DNA of 20,146 nt, taken from contig CM119263.1 of assembly GCA_051294375.1 (NCBI GenBank), positions 4,980,479-5,000,624 of the forward strand. Direction: 5' to 3'. Both the position numbers and the translations under genes were made by a program. The number at the start of each line of letters is the position of its first letter. Position 1 is the first letter of the stretch. This stretch comes from Paraspadella gotoi (taxonomy: Eukaryota > Animalia > Chaetognatha). The notes beneath the pieces are model-generated. The model was given only the letters and a program-made list of their open reading frames with translations, ran no database searches and had not been told where the DNA came from. Of the stretch, positions 1 through 11,104 are shown piece by piece.

Positions 1-1721
1 GGTGCTGGGAGGAGGAAGAGGAGGATGAATGCGTGGCTGATGAGACACGAGACTCGCGCTCGGACTGGTTTGGTCGTTGTGCCCCCTCTTGGCCCGAGAT
101 GGCGTCGACGGGCCCCGAATGGCGCGTCGCGGCATCGTGGTGGTGCTTGTGTGTGGGTGGGCCCTAACGTGTGTGGTGCGTGCATGGGTAGCAGGGCGGA
201 GAAAGAAGAAGGGGGTTGGGAGGGGGTACATGTCATTATTCAGCGAAACATGGAGAGAGAAAAAAAAAGGAAAAAAAGAAAACATGAGTGAGAAAAAAAA
301 AGGCATGACGTGGGGAAGGTAGTACAGGGGAAATAAGACACGATGCAAGTTAACGTGGCGGAGACTATGCAGAAATAAAAAAAAATCGGTGACTATAAAT
401 CTTGCCTTTGAATGGGTTGTCTGAAACATCATGTTTTTTTAAATAAACACAAAAAATATTAATGCAAAATATTATATGGTATGAAAGATATGACCAAATA
501 CAGGACAAGGACCAAAAAATGAATATATTTTTTTTTCATAGCTTTTATTGTTATAACAAAAAAAAAAAATAGGTTGCGGACTTCTCATGCTGTAATTTGT
601 CCCTTACCTTCAATTAAGTGGTTCAAATTTTGTTTAAATAGTATCTGAATTTTTATAAATAATAAAAAATATAGTAAGTTTTTTTAAAAAAATGATACTT
701 TAAACCAAAAATTTATTCTACTTTTTAGTTTCATATTTCATAGTTTACTCCGGTCTTTTTACAGCCTATAAAGAAACCATTAAAAATATTTAATTTTTAA
801 TTTTTAATTTTTTCTCTCAATGAAGATGTTTTCTTATCCCTAAAATAGGAGTCTACGTCGTTCTTAGAGATCGAGGAAGACTTTTTCAATGGAGATTTTC
901 GTTCAAATCTGACTACCAAACAATATAAACGCTCCTGGTAAAAATTCTGGTAAAATATCAATGTAAAAACACTTGATTCTGATCCTGTTGCATCTGAAGG
1001 GCTCGCATTTTTTTTCTCTTTTCAAATCTTCAACATCTTGATATCAAACAAGCCAGAACAAATAGACTGCTTCTGGACGGAAAAATTTTTCATCTCTGAT
1101 TTTATATAGAAATGAAAGGGATTTTTTTCTTTGAAAACGATATAAACGTGACTGAGGTATGTTCCTGTTCAACAAATGACGTCCAATTTTGGAATCCTTT
1201 GGCAAAGTGTCTGAAGGGCTCTCAAAATTTTTCTTTACATTTTATTTGATTATTTTGATATGATACCATCATAGTAAAGTGAATTAGTCCATTTTGGTGA
1301 AATTTTTATTTAAAGTAAAAGTAAAAGAGGAGCTAACGATCGGAATTCTAAGAGTTTTCAACCGGGAGTCAGATTCGGGAAAAATCTTCTATGGCGAAAA
1401 TCTTCCAAAGAAGGGGTGAATTTTCCGAAGATTTTGGTTAATATTTTCTATATTAATGGTCGGATTTTTTTTAAAACTTAATATTAACAATATTGCCATC
1501 ATTCTACTTTGGCCGGTATAAGAATATATTAAAAAAACCTCAGGCTTTGTTCGTCAGAGCTTAGTCCTACCTAAAAGTAAATTATTTTTTTAATTCTAAA
1601 TAGCATGACAGAAGATATTTATTTCATTTTATGTGTGAATAAAGAAATAAAGGTTGGGGCAAACATGAACATAATTAATTAATATTATAAAAATTAATTC
1701 ACGTGAAAACAAGTTTTTTTT

Positions 1722-1800
1722 TAAATTTTAACCTACTTAATGAAAAAGTTTTTGAAAAAGAATTATACTTTCTTATATCAACTTTTAACGAGAAATTTGA
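1722..1800 (-). mobile_element. Fragment related to the fold-back MITE at 4518-5552
   Basis: TTTTAACCTACTTAAT...ATACTTTCTTATATCAACTTT matches the reverse complement of ~4935-4998 (AAAGTTGATATAAGAAAGTAT...ATTAAGTAGGTTAAAA). Boundaries approximate. Confidence 0.65.
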
Positions 1801-1934
1801 ATCTGTTCTCAGAATTAAAAAAAAATTGAAATTTTGACATTTTATAAGGGTAGTACTATATACAAAAAAAGCTGTTTCGGGCTACTATATTTGTAAAAAA
1901 ATAACTACAGATTAATATTCATTAATATGATAGT

Positions 1935-2180
1935 NNNNNNNNNNNNNNNNNNNNNNNNNNNNNNNNNNNNNNNNNNNNNNNNNNNNNNNNNNNNNNNNNN
2001 NNNNNNNNNNNNNNNNNNNNNNNNNNNNNNNNNNNNNNNNNNNNNNNNNNNNNNNNNNNNNNNNNNNNNNNNNNNNNNNNNNNNNNNNNNNNNNNNNNNN
2101 NNNNNNNNNNNNNNNNNNNNNNNNNNNNNNNNNNNNNNNNNNNNNNNNNNNNNNNNNNNNNNNNNNNNNNNNNNNNNNNN
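1935..2180. other. Assembly gap (N run)
   Basis: Run of N bases. Confidence 0.99.
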
Positions 2181-2611
2181 TTTGTCTCTTTACAGATCTA
2201 TATAACTTAAATTCTATCCTTAAAAGTATTTACAATAACTACAAGAAAATCGAGATAAAAATTGATATGACCTATGCTCATTGAAAATGTTATTTCTCCT
2301 CTAAATTACAAGTTATCAAAAAAAAAAATCAGATTGTAGCAAACTCAAATAGATACAAGGTGATTTTTTTGAAAATGCAAAATTTGTACCCTATTTCCAG
2401 ATCTAAAATTCTCAATGCTCAAAATCTTTTTTTCCAAAATATTTTTTCATATTTTTTTAATAATTAAAAATGTTTATGGTATAGAAGTTGTAGTCCGAAC
2501 GGTTTCAAAATATACACACATGATTGCAATAACATGACCTAACTCGAAATGGCTTCCTTATTCTTTATCGCTTTACATAAGGATAACAGTAAAAAAAGAA
2601 AGTCAAATCTT

Positions 2612-2646
2612 AACAAGTTTGAGCAAACAATGTCGGATCTGCCTAC
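2612..2646 (-). mobile_element. 3' terminus of a Helentron/DINE-1-like (HINE) element, minus orientation, running into the gap
   Basis: Exact 35-bp reverse complement of 19069-19103; contains subterminal IR GTCGGATCTGC and the AACAAG end typical of DINE-1-like elements read in reverse. Confidence 0.7.
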
Positions 2647-2671
2647 NNNNNNNNNNNNNNNNNNNNNNNNN
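2647..2671. other. Assembly gap (25 N)
   Basis: Run of N bases starting immediately after a HINE-like terminus. Confidence 0.99.
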
Positions 2672-2943
2672 AGAGAGAGGGAGCAAGAAGACAAAGGCGA
2701 TAAAGCTTCCAAAAAAGGATTGAGGGAAGGCAACATTAGAGGGTGAGAGACAGCTGAAGTTTTAGGCTCAGATTGAGGATGACAGAAAAGGAAAGAAGAG
2801 AAGTGAAAATCAGAGGGAGAGATAAAATACAGAGGGCAATAAAATTAGGCTTTACATTGAATTAACATTGTAACAACTAATAAAAAAGCATTGTGAAGAG
2901 AACAGTAATTCAATTGTTATGTGTTAGTGACTAAACCAGTTCA

Positions 2944-3106
2944 ATATATAGCAGTCCGCTGAACTTCGGATCAGGCCTGTAACACCGTGTTACAGGCGGG
3001 TTTAAGCCGCCCCCGTCCTCTGGAACCTGCCCGGCGGCCAGCGGGCCTAGAACCACGGGACCTTTGGGTTGGAGTCGAATGACTTCCTCGCGGCACACAA
3101 TAGCGC
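2944..3106 (-). mobile_element. tRNA-derived SINE (head resembles tRNA-Trp, anticodon CCA)
   Basis: Minus strand 3106-3034 (73 nt) fits a degenerate cloverleaf: acceptor GCG-CTA/TGGCCGC, anticodon loop CTCCAAC, variable loop AGGTC, B-box-like GTTCTAGGCC (plus 3044-3053). Followed by a GC-rich hairpin-rich body and a TATATAT end. No TSD seen. Confidence 0.6.
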
Positions 3107-3502
3107 TGATTGGAATGGTTGGTGGATTTTTAGTCAACATAATGTGATAACTACAAATGAAAAAGTGAGAGGTTAAAAATAAAAATTAAAAAATTAAAAA
3201 TCAAATGATAACAATAACAACATAGTTTAAGTTTTTGGTTTGAAAATGGAAAGTTGAAAAATGAAGTATTGTGCAAAGAGAAAGGATAAAGAAGAAAGCA
3301 TCAAAATGAGGGCAAGCCTGTAGGGATGACTAGAGCCTCGTAGGACATTAGGATTGCAATGGGTCTTATCCAGACACTACCCGATCACACGTAATATGAC
3401 CATCTATAATGACCAGCCTAACTGCCAATTCCCTCCTCTGGACAGGCCTATAGGGGGAGGGGCCAGCTCATTTTGAGGCTTCTTTCTTTATCTTCTCTTC
3501 TC

Positions 3503-3551
3503 CTCTCTCTCTCTCAATACCAACTTTAAACTACCAAATATTTTTGTAATT
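3503..3551 (+). repeat. Dispersed repeat: (CT)6 + AATACCAACTTTAAACTACCAAAT..TTTTGTAATT, copy 1
   Basis: 37 nt identical to 17123-17159, continuing after a 2-nt indel to 17169. Confidence 0.9.
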
Positions 3552-3557
3552 CGTGAA

Positions 3558-3600
3558 AGCACTGATGAGAACAAAAATGCACGTCGAAACATGGTCTGCT
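3558..3600 (+). ncRNA. Minimal type I hammerhead ribozyme (Penelope-like-element type)
   Basis: AGCA (stem I) CTGATGA GA-13nt-TC (stem II) GAAAC ATG GTC TGCT (stem I'). All core residues present, 2-bp stem III with palindromic CATG, predicted cleavage after C3596, AATAAA about 10 nt downstream. Confidence 0.8.
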
Positions 3601-3922
3601 ACTATAAAAATAAAAATTGGTTGTGAAAACTAAAAAATTGTTATTGTGTCTAATTAATCAAATATTATAAAAATATTTGGATAAATAATAAAAATATATC
3701 ATTTAAATTTTTTTTTAAAAATCACTTGGAAAATATTTTTACACAATTGCTTTATGTAATAACTACAGCAGTTTTTGCTTTGATCAATTTTTAAATTTAG
3801 GTATCCTAAAAAAGGTCCATACTTGTGCGCATATTCATTATAATAATGAAAGTTTTTCGATCTGGTAAAGGAGAAGAAAGCTTTTCTTAACAGACAGTCC
3901 ATTGGGAAAACACTGTATTATA

Positions 3923-4006
3923 TGTCCAAAGTCCAAAGTCAAGGGGCCAAAGATAGCTTATTTTATTAAATGAATGGATAATTTTATATTGGTTGTACAA
4001 TTTCAT
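3923..4006 (+). mobile_element. 5'-truncated copy of the 326-bp repeat
   Basis: TGTCCAAAGTC...GATAGCTTATTTTATTAAATGAATGGATAATTTTATATTGGTTGTACAATTTCAT matches the 3' part of the array units at 17732-18678. Confidence 0.9.
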
Positions 4007-4517
4007 GAAGAAACCGTTTTTGTCGTTTTTTTCGCAGCTTTAACATTAAAATATCATATCAACATATTTTATAAAAGTTTTTTTATTTTTTCTGTAAATC
4101 GGAATCTGTTATTAAATTTTTTAAAATTAATTAAATTTTAGAAATTTATAAGGATATTAACTATAAAGAAAATACATTTGCTATACTGTGATGCTAAATT
4201 TTTAAAAAAAATGCATGATTTTTTAATTACATATACAAAGCAGCAAAAAATATTGTTAACCATCCGCTTAAATCTTTTTCATCAATCCACGACAACTATA
4301 GCAATAGTACATGATCTAAAAACATTTAGTTTCACTGTGACACTATAAAATAATCAGTCCTACAGCATATCAAATGGACGTAATAAAAATTCAAAGACAT
4401 ACAGCACGGAGAATGACGTTATAAACAATATGACACAATAATAATGAAAATGGTTCTCAATAATGATGACCGTGACCATAAAAAATGTTATTGCTATGCA
4501 TGCTATATATTATTATA

Positions 4518-5552
4518 TTAGGTGCGTTGAAAAATAACGAAATATAACAAATCAAGTGCAGGTAACATAGCTATTTTTAGTGGTAATAAAGTCCTGTAGA
4601 ATTCGATGATGATAACATTTTTTTGTATAAGTCTCCATATTCTTTGTCGGAAATGGCGATATTTGGCAGCATATAAGGTGCTATTAAATGGAGCAAACAT
4701 TATAGAAGTATAAGAAAACTCATATTATTACGATTTTATAAAAGCCATAATTTATTACATAAATATGAAAATAAAGACCGCATATAAATATTTTGGTAAG
4801 TTTATTTACAGAATTTTCAATATTTTATTAATAGTTTGTTAGCTATACTTTATTAATAAATAATAATAAAAAATAAGCTAAAGTAAAAAAATAAAAAAAT
4901 TTAAATTTTAAAATCGGAATTTGAATGTCCTTACAAAGTTGATATAAGAAAGTATGAATCCATTTTAAAAATTCACTTTCAATTAAGTAGGTTAAAAATA
5001 TTAAAAACTGTTATTTTTTGTTTTAATTTTTCCCAATTTTTTGACTTAAAAATATAGTTTTTTCTGAATTTTTGACCACTTAATGACATTAATTTTGATA
5101 TAAAATTATATTTTCTTATATCTAACTTTTTGCAAAGAATGCAAATGCCAATGAAAAAAAAAATTTGAGAATTATTATTTTTTAACTTTAACCTAATTTT
5201 TACTCATAATTATTATAAATAATAGTTAACTAACTTTTTTATAAAACATAAATTTAGAATAAAACTTAACCAAAATATTTTTAATAAGTCTTTATCTTTT
5301 TATAGTTCAAAAGCTCATATAAATTTTTCAATAAATTTAATAATTTGATTTATCATAAACTTATAATGGTTTTGCTATTTTATAACAAATTTTATTATAC
5401 ATTAAAAATGGTCATTTCCGAACAAGAAAGATAAAATTATACAAAAAAAAATGGTCATCACCATCGAATTCTACAGACTATATAATTACACTAAAATAGC
5501 TATGTACCTCACTTGATTTGTTATATTTTGTTATTTTTCAACACGCTCCTAT
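4518..5552. mobile_element. ~1 kb fold-back MITE with very long imperfect TIRs, TA-flanked (Tc1/mariner-like)
   Basis: 4518-4625 aligns closely with the reverse complement of ~5445-5552 (GTTGAAAAATAAC.AAATATAACAAATCAAGTG..., CTGTAGAATTCGATG.TGAT). Inverted similarity continues inward to a centre near 5030. TA at 4516-4517 and 5553-5554; left end TTAGGTG resembles mariner termini. Confidence 0.8.
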
Positions 5553-5724
5553 TATATAATAGTCAGCAAAAAAGACTTAAAGTTTAGTAAAACCTGAAAG
5601 TGTCATGAATTTAAAGTAAACTAAAAAGTGAAGCGAATATATTATAAAATAAACTTAAAGGTGTAAATAAATGAAGTGGCATAAATAAGTAATATAATTT
5701 AGAATAAATCCTTTAATTTTAGAA

Positions 5725-5753
5725 GACTCGAAATGAAGAGTCCGAAACATGTC
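5725..5753 (+). ncRNA. 5'-damaged minimal hammerhead ribozyme relic (Penelope-like)
   Basis: GACTC-GAAATGAA-GAGTC stem II, then CGAAACATGTC (GAAA, palindromic ACATGT stem III, GTC cleavage triplet) and ATTAAA downstream. The CTGANGA box and 5' strand of stem I are missing or degraded. Confidence 0.55.
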
Positions 5754-6416
5754 CGTATATTATTAAATGAAAAATCGTTGACGAAATATTTCCAAACTTT
5801 GTTTTAAATCTCTACACTCAACGAAGCGAAAGGATTAATCACAATGGAATAAATAACCTAAAATGCATGCATTTGGTCTTAAATACGTTAATGTTACATG
5901 TAGAGGTTTAGAGATTATTAGTCTATATAAGGTTAAGGTTAATGCCTAAGTTTAAGAATAACGTTTAAGTTTTAATAGTGTTTAAAGTCCATGGTAAATA
6001 AAATATAAATAAATAATAAATAATAATAATAAATAATAATATAAACGAAAGAAATAACAATTTTGAAAATATATATTATGTTACAGCTTAAAGACTTCTC
6101 TTATTTAAGTTTAAGAATTTGTTAACTAAGTTTTATATTTTGTCGACCAAATTTAAATCTACATTATTATAATTTACGTAATACTTAAGTTTAATATGAT
6201 TTGTAAATTTGTGGTCACTATTAAGCAATTAAAAAAATTAGACAGAAAGGTTTTAATTTTAAGGAAAAAATATTTTACCAATAATTTGGAATTATTTCAA
6301 ATCTATACTGTGAACAAGACAAGAGACAACGTTTTAATCAAAGCTTTTTTCTTTTCTGAAAAAATTAATATTATTTTTCATTGTTATAAATTTTAGTTAT
6401 TTCCAAAAATTTTCTT

Positions 6417-6615
6417 GAGCTGGAGTTTGGACCTTTTTTTTGCCCGCTCCGACTGCAGCTCCGGCTCCGGCCAAGATAAAATCTCGCTTCCCCAGCTCCA
6501 GCTCCCGCTCCGGTAAGAAAATATAATACAGCTCCAGCTCCAAGCTCCAGCTCCGGCCAATAATCCAGCTCTGGCAGCTCCGACTCCAGCTCCAGCTCCA
6601 GCTCCACATCCCCTG
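6417..6615. mobile_element. GCTCCA/GGAGCT hexamer-repeat MITE, possibly hAT-derived
   Basis: Interrupted arrays of GCTCCR ending in GCTCCACATCCCCTG, matching the end GCTCCACAACCCTG at 17718-17731; CAGGG-type terminus. Left end degenerate. Confidence 0.65.
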
Positions 6616-6803
6616 TCATACATGAATTCTGGGAGTGAATAAACAAGACTGTGGAGAGAGTCTTGGAATTGAAAGCTTGCAGGGACCTGGCTATGTCATT
6701 ATTGTTGGAAGAGTAATGGAGGCCTTAAACCAACCAAGTCAGGGCAAGCTTATGTCATTAAATGAATGAATAATTTTGTATATTTATTGTAACCAATTTC
6801 CAT
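6616..6803 (+). mobile_element. Diverged, 5'-truncated copy of the 326-bp repeat
   Basis: CTGGGAGTGAATAAACAAGACTGTGGAGAGAGTCTTGGAATTGAAAGCTTGCAGGGACCTG... through AACCAATTTC aligns with the array units, with two internal deletions. Confidence 0.9.
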
Positions 6804-7158
6804 TTAACTCACAAACTAATTTTACTAACAAACGCAACGATTTAAAAACTAAAACTAAAATTATACATTTGTTACCAACTGCTTATGAATGCTCGCGATG
6901 CCGAAAAGAAGAACGGATCTCAGGAAAATGAAGTCGGCACGTGAATCTTCATTGAACACGGTTCGGATTTTTTCAATCGATTTATATTTTCGATCAAGTC
7001 CTTTCCATTAACTCTCCAAACATTCTTTCCTATTGTGTTTTCCTAAAAAGAGGAATCATACCATATGGCTTTCGTTTAAGCGAAAAGTAGATCTCGATCT
7101 TTTGGTCAACGTGTCGTCGACCTTCCGCGATCTCTCAACTTCGCGTCGCCTCACTTCT

Positions 7159-7271
7159 ATCTCTCTCTCTCTCCGTCTTCCTCTCCTTCCAGTCTCGTCT
7201 CTCTCTCTCTCGTTCTCCTCTCTCTCTCTCTCTCTCTCGTCTCTCCTCTCCTTCTCTCTCTCTCTCTCTCC
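7159..7271. repeat. Degenerate (CT)n microsatellite
   Basis: Directly visible. Confidence 0.9.
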
Positions 7272-7853
7272 TGGTCGTAACGATATATATTCCCATCGCC
7301 TTCGTCATATTTCACTTGTCATGTCCTCGCTTTGTCCATAGTATCTTTAACTAATCATCGAGTCTCACGTATCACGCCGTCGCACATACAAACAATCATC
7401 CCGGGCATCTTTCTGTCTTTTTCAATTTCCACCAAACTTTTTTTAAAAAACTCTAAACATTAAATGTTCACTCCCAGCTCTCTCAGTTTCCAAGAGCGAG
7501 AATTTCAAAAAAAAAGAGAGAGAAAAAAAAAAGTCGAAAAAATGAAATAAAAATTCTAATCTTCGTCTTGGAAATGTTTTGGGTGTAAAAATGACAAAGA
7601 CAGAAGCGGCGAAAAAAAGTTTAGCGGATGATAAATGAATATTTGACTTGCGGCGGACGAAGCGACGACCGACACGATAAGACGCACGTTGACGGGGAGG
7701 AAGGATGGCTGTTGTTGTTGTTGAAGGTAAAAGTCGATTTAAATGTTTCAGCCTTAACGATAAAAAACCTGTGAAAAAAAAAGAAGAAAAGAAAACGCTT
7801 TATGGCGCTACCTCGCTCAATTTCTTTTCGTCCTCTTCATTTCTTTTTTGATA

Positions 7854-8085
7854 CCTTCCCTTCCTTCCTTCTTCCTTCTTCCCTTCCTTCCTTCCTTCCT
7901 TCGCCTTCCTTCCTTCCTTCCTTCTCCTTCCTTCCTTCCTTTTTTTCTTCCTATCTTTCCTTCACTTCCTTTTTTTCCTTTCCATCTTCCGTCCAATTTT
8001 CCCCTTCCGTGTTTATTTACTTCTCTCCTCCATTCCCTTAACTTCTTTTTTTTTTCTTTCTTTCTTTCCTTTCTCTGTTCTTCCC
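7854..8085. repeat. (CCTT)n / pyrimidine-rich low-complexity tract
   Basis: Directly visible; explains the overlapping spurious ORFs. Confidence 0.9.
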
Positions 8086-8391
8086 CTCCGCTGCTATCAC
8101 TTTTCCATAGAATTTTACATACCATTTTTCCCTAATTCTTACAATTCTTTAATTTTCACATTTCCTCAATTCCATTAAAAGTAAAACCAAGAAATGGATA
8201 TAATTAATCACAGAAAAACGGAAGCGAAAAAGAACGAACGACGACGACGAGGAACACGAATGTAAACGACGCTGACGACCCGCCAAGGAGTTGGATTCTC
8301 GAATGACATCCTTTATAAACAAACAAAAACAAAAACAATTTTTTAGCCCTGGAAAGTGAGGATGAAAGAACGATGCAACTTCTGCATCGCA

Positions 8392-8424
<33 letters not shown>

Positions 8425-8557
8425 CCCTCTCTCCGTCTCTCTCCCGCGATGTCAGCGAGCTCTCTCTCATCTCTCTCTCTCTCTCTCGCGCCTCTCTCTC
8501 TCTCTCTCCTCTCTCGTGTGTCTCTCTCTCTCTCTCACTCTCTCTACTGCTCTCTCT
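8392..8557. repeat. Degenerate (CT)n microsatellite
   Basis: Directly visible. Confidence 0.9.
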
Positions 8558-9129
8558 GAGTGGAGTGGGCGTTTTCTCTTTTGTTTCCGTTAAAAACAGG
8601 TAGGCGTTTTTGCGGGTGACTGCTCACTGTTCCTGTACATTGCGCCCCTTTTTTAAAAATCTCATCCGGATTGATTTGATTCAGCTTCGACCTCACGATT
8701 GGATAAATTCAAGACCAAACGGCATAAACCTGACAAAAAATAATCATTTCTTCATCGCGTTCGTCCTTTTTCTTCGTTCTCGTCGTATTTTCTCTTTTGT
8801 TTTCAATCCTCTTTTTTTTCGTGCTCGGCCTTCATCGAGCCCCCTTGGAAAAAAAAGACTTTCATTAGTCTTCAATAAGCTCAATGAATTTCAAGTAGAA
8901 TTTTTAACCAGAGAAAAAAAAGGTAATTCTATTTTTTTTAAATGAAAAATTTCTTTATTTTCCATAATTGTTGAAAAAGACTTAAGTATCAAAATTATGT
9001 GTTGACATTTTTTATAAATATCTAAAATGAATCCTATCAATTAGAAAACGAGGCATTAATCAACCCAGCTGATAATCAACATAGCTAAATAATAATGATT
9101 AACTAATGTCTATCGCCCTTTTGCGTTTC

Positions 9130-9157
9130 CGTCGTCGTCGTCGTCGTCGTCGTCGTC
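9130..9157. repeat. (GTC)n microsatellite
   Basis: About 9 perfect GTC units. Confidence 0.95.
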
Positions 9158-9256
9158 TCGATGACGGCGATGGGTTTACGTGAAATTGGCGCTAAATGAG
9201 ATTCTTTCCGCGTGAATTTCTCTTGAGAGACGTCCGAACTTTTTGGGACGATTGAA

Positions 9257-9277
9257 AGAGAGAGAGATAGTAGAGAG

Positions 9278-9322
<45 letters not shown>

Positions 9323-9374
9323 AGAGAGAGAGAGGAGAGAGAGAGAGAGGAGTGAGAGAGAGAGAGAAGAGAGA
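9257..9374. repeat. Degenerate (AG)n microsatellite
   Basis: Directly visible. Confidence 0.9.
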
Positions 9375-10471
9375 CGAACACGACGACGGAAGATGAAAGA
9401 TCGACGACAATGATGAAGATGATGATTTGAAGATTCCATCGTGTCTCGTGAAACGACCATCTCGTTCGCGCGAAGCGCCGCCATCTTCTTCTTCGGACAT
9501 CGCGTGTGCCATCGATCGGCGAAGATGTGCGGACGGCAATTTAAGAAAATGCCGCTGCGAAGAGGAAAGAACTTGGTGAAGGGACCACGAACACGTTCTC
9601 GAATGAAAGAACTCCGAACTCTTCTGAAGGGGGAGAGAGAGAGAGAGAAGAGAGAAAGAGATACTGGCGACAAAGAACGAGGGAAATGTTTTTAGGAGAT
9701 AAAATTGATTTTTAAAAATGCCAAGTTAACCAAATGAAAATGGAGGAAACGAATGATTGCGTCCTTACGTCCGTTGAAGATATTTTTTGTTTACCTCGCG
9801 TCCGGTCGTTCATTTTTAGTCATATAAGTATTTAAATTAATTTAAGATGCGTCTGGCCTCTAAATAACATTCTAAAATGCATAATTGCATAAAGCACGTG
9901 CGTCGTGCTCGTTTGCCATATAACAATAGCCGTTTCTTCTCTTAATTATCAATTTTTTTAAATTGAAAAAGAAAAAAAAAAAAAGAAAAAGATTCGATTC
10001 TCGAATTCGTGCCCCTTCCTTATAATTTTAAACCTCCGACAAACCTTTTTTGTTCTTCGAAAACTTTTAAAAAAAAGGAGAGAGATTTATTGAGCGGGAA
10101 AAAAATTCCCTCGCTTCTCGGAAAAATTTTGAAATTTTAAAAGGCCTGATTCCACTTTCTATTAGCTTTCTTCTTCTCCTTACTCCTTCCTCTTTTTTTT
10201 CTTTTAGCTCCTCTACTCCAGCCACAACTCTTTCTTTAACTTCTTCTCCTCTGACTATTTCCTCAGTAAAACCTTTTTCTACACATCTCTCCCCATTCTT
10301 CGCCTTCTCCCTTCTTCCTCCTCTCTCCTCATCTTCTTTTTTCTTCACTCTTTCTCTTCTTGTTCCTCATAAGAATTAAATTTAAGCGACGAAAACTAAA
10401 AAAATAAAAAAAAGATTATATGGTGTGACTAAAAGATAAACTGTAACTGTATCGTTTGAAAGTACTTATAA

Positions 10472-10484
10472 TCTCTCCTCTTCT

Positions 10485-10550
<66 letters not shown>

Positions 10551-10593
10551 TCTCTCTCGTCTCTCTCTTTCCTTTTTCCCTTCTCTTCCTCTC
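10472..10593. repeat. Degenerate (CT)n microsatellite
   Basis: Directly visible. Confidence 0.9.
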
Positions 10594-11104
10594 ACACATT
10601 CATTCCGGCACAGGAGTTATCCGTTTTTTTTCAATCCTTGCTTTCGACTTGAAAAATTGAAAATATAGGATTTTGCCGCGGGAGCAATTCACAGCAAGAC
10701 TTCCGCTCCGATATTTTCGAAAACCTCCTGAATACGTAAATCGAATTCTATTCCCTGACGGAAAAAAATAAATATGGCGGAGCAGAGATTTAAAAAAAAA
10801 AAAATTTATTCGATTCAATATTTTGGCGGTTAAACCAGTTAAAAGGTTTGTGCTTGTGCAAGTTTTCAATTTGCCTAGTTTTCATGACGTTCCAGCTTTG
10901 ATATTTTTGGGTTTTCATTTATTACTTTCTTTCTTTTCTCGTTTTCTTTCTCTCTATTTTGGAATAGGTCTTTTTTTTAACTTACCTTTCCCTCGCTCTT
11001 TCTTCTCTCCTCTATCTGCTCTCTCTTTTTCTTTCCTCACTTATCGCTTAAGTCTGCTTATCCCTTCAGGTCCGTTTTTCTCTCGGTCCATTTACTTTCC
11101 GGTA

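Noticed and set aside
2995-3038. HDV-like pseudoknot on the plus strand (GGCGGGTT/AACCTGCC, GCCGCC/GGCGGC, TCCTC loop)
   Set aside because: The P2 partner follows P1 directly, leaving no P1.1/P4/J4-2 catalytic C; it overlaps the antisense of the SINE and is explained by GC-rich hairpins.
3034-3106. Functional tRNA-Trp gene
   Set aside because: Anticodon and D stems do not pair properly and there is no oligo-T terminator; better explained as a SINE head.
9441-9695. 84-aa ORF with more normal composition
   Set aside because: No recognisable homology and it runs into AG repeats; a small exon cannot be excluded without RNA data.
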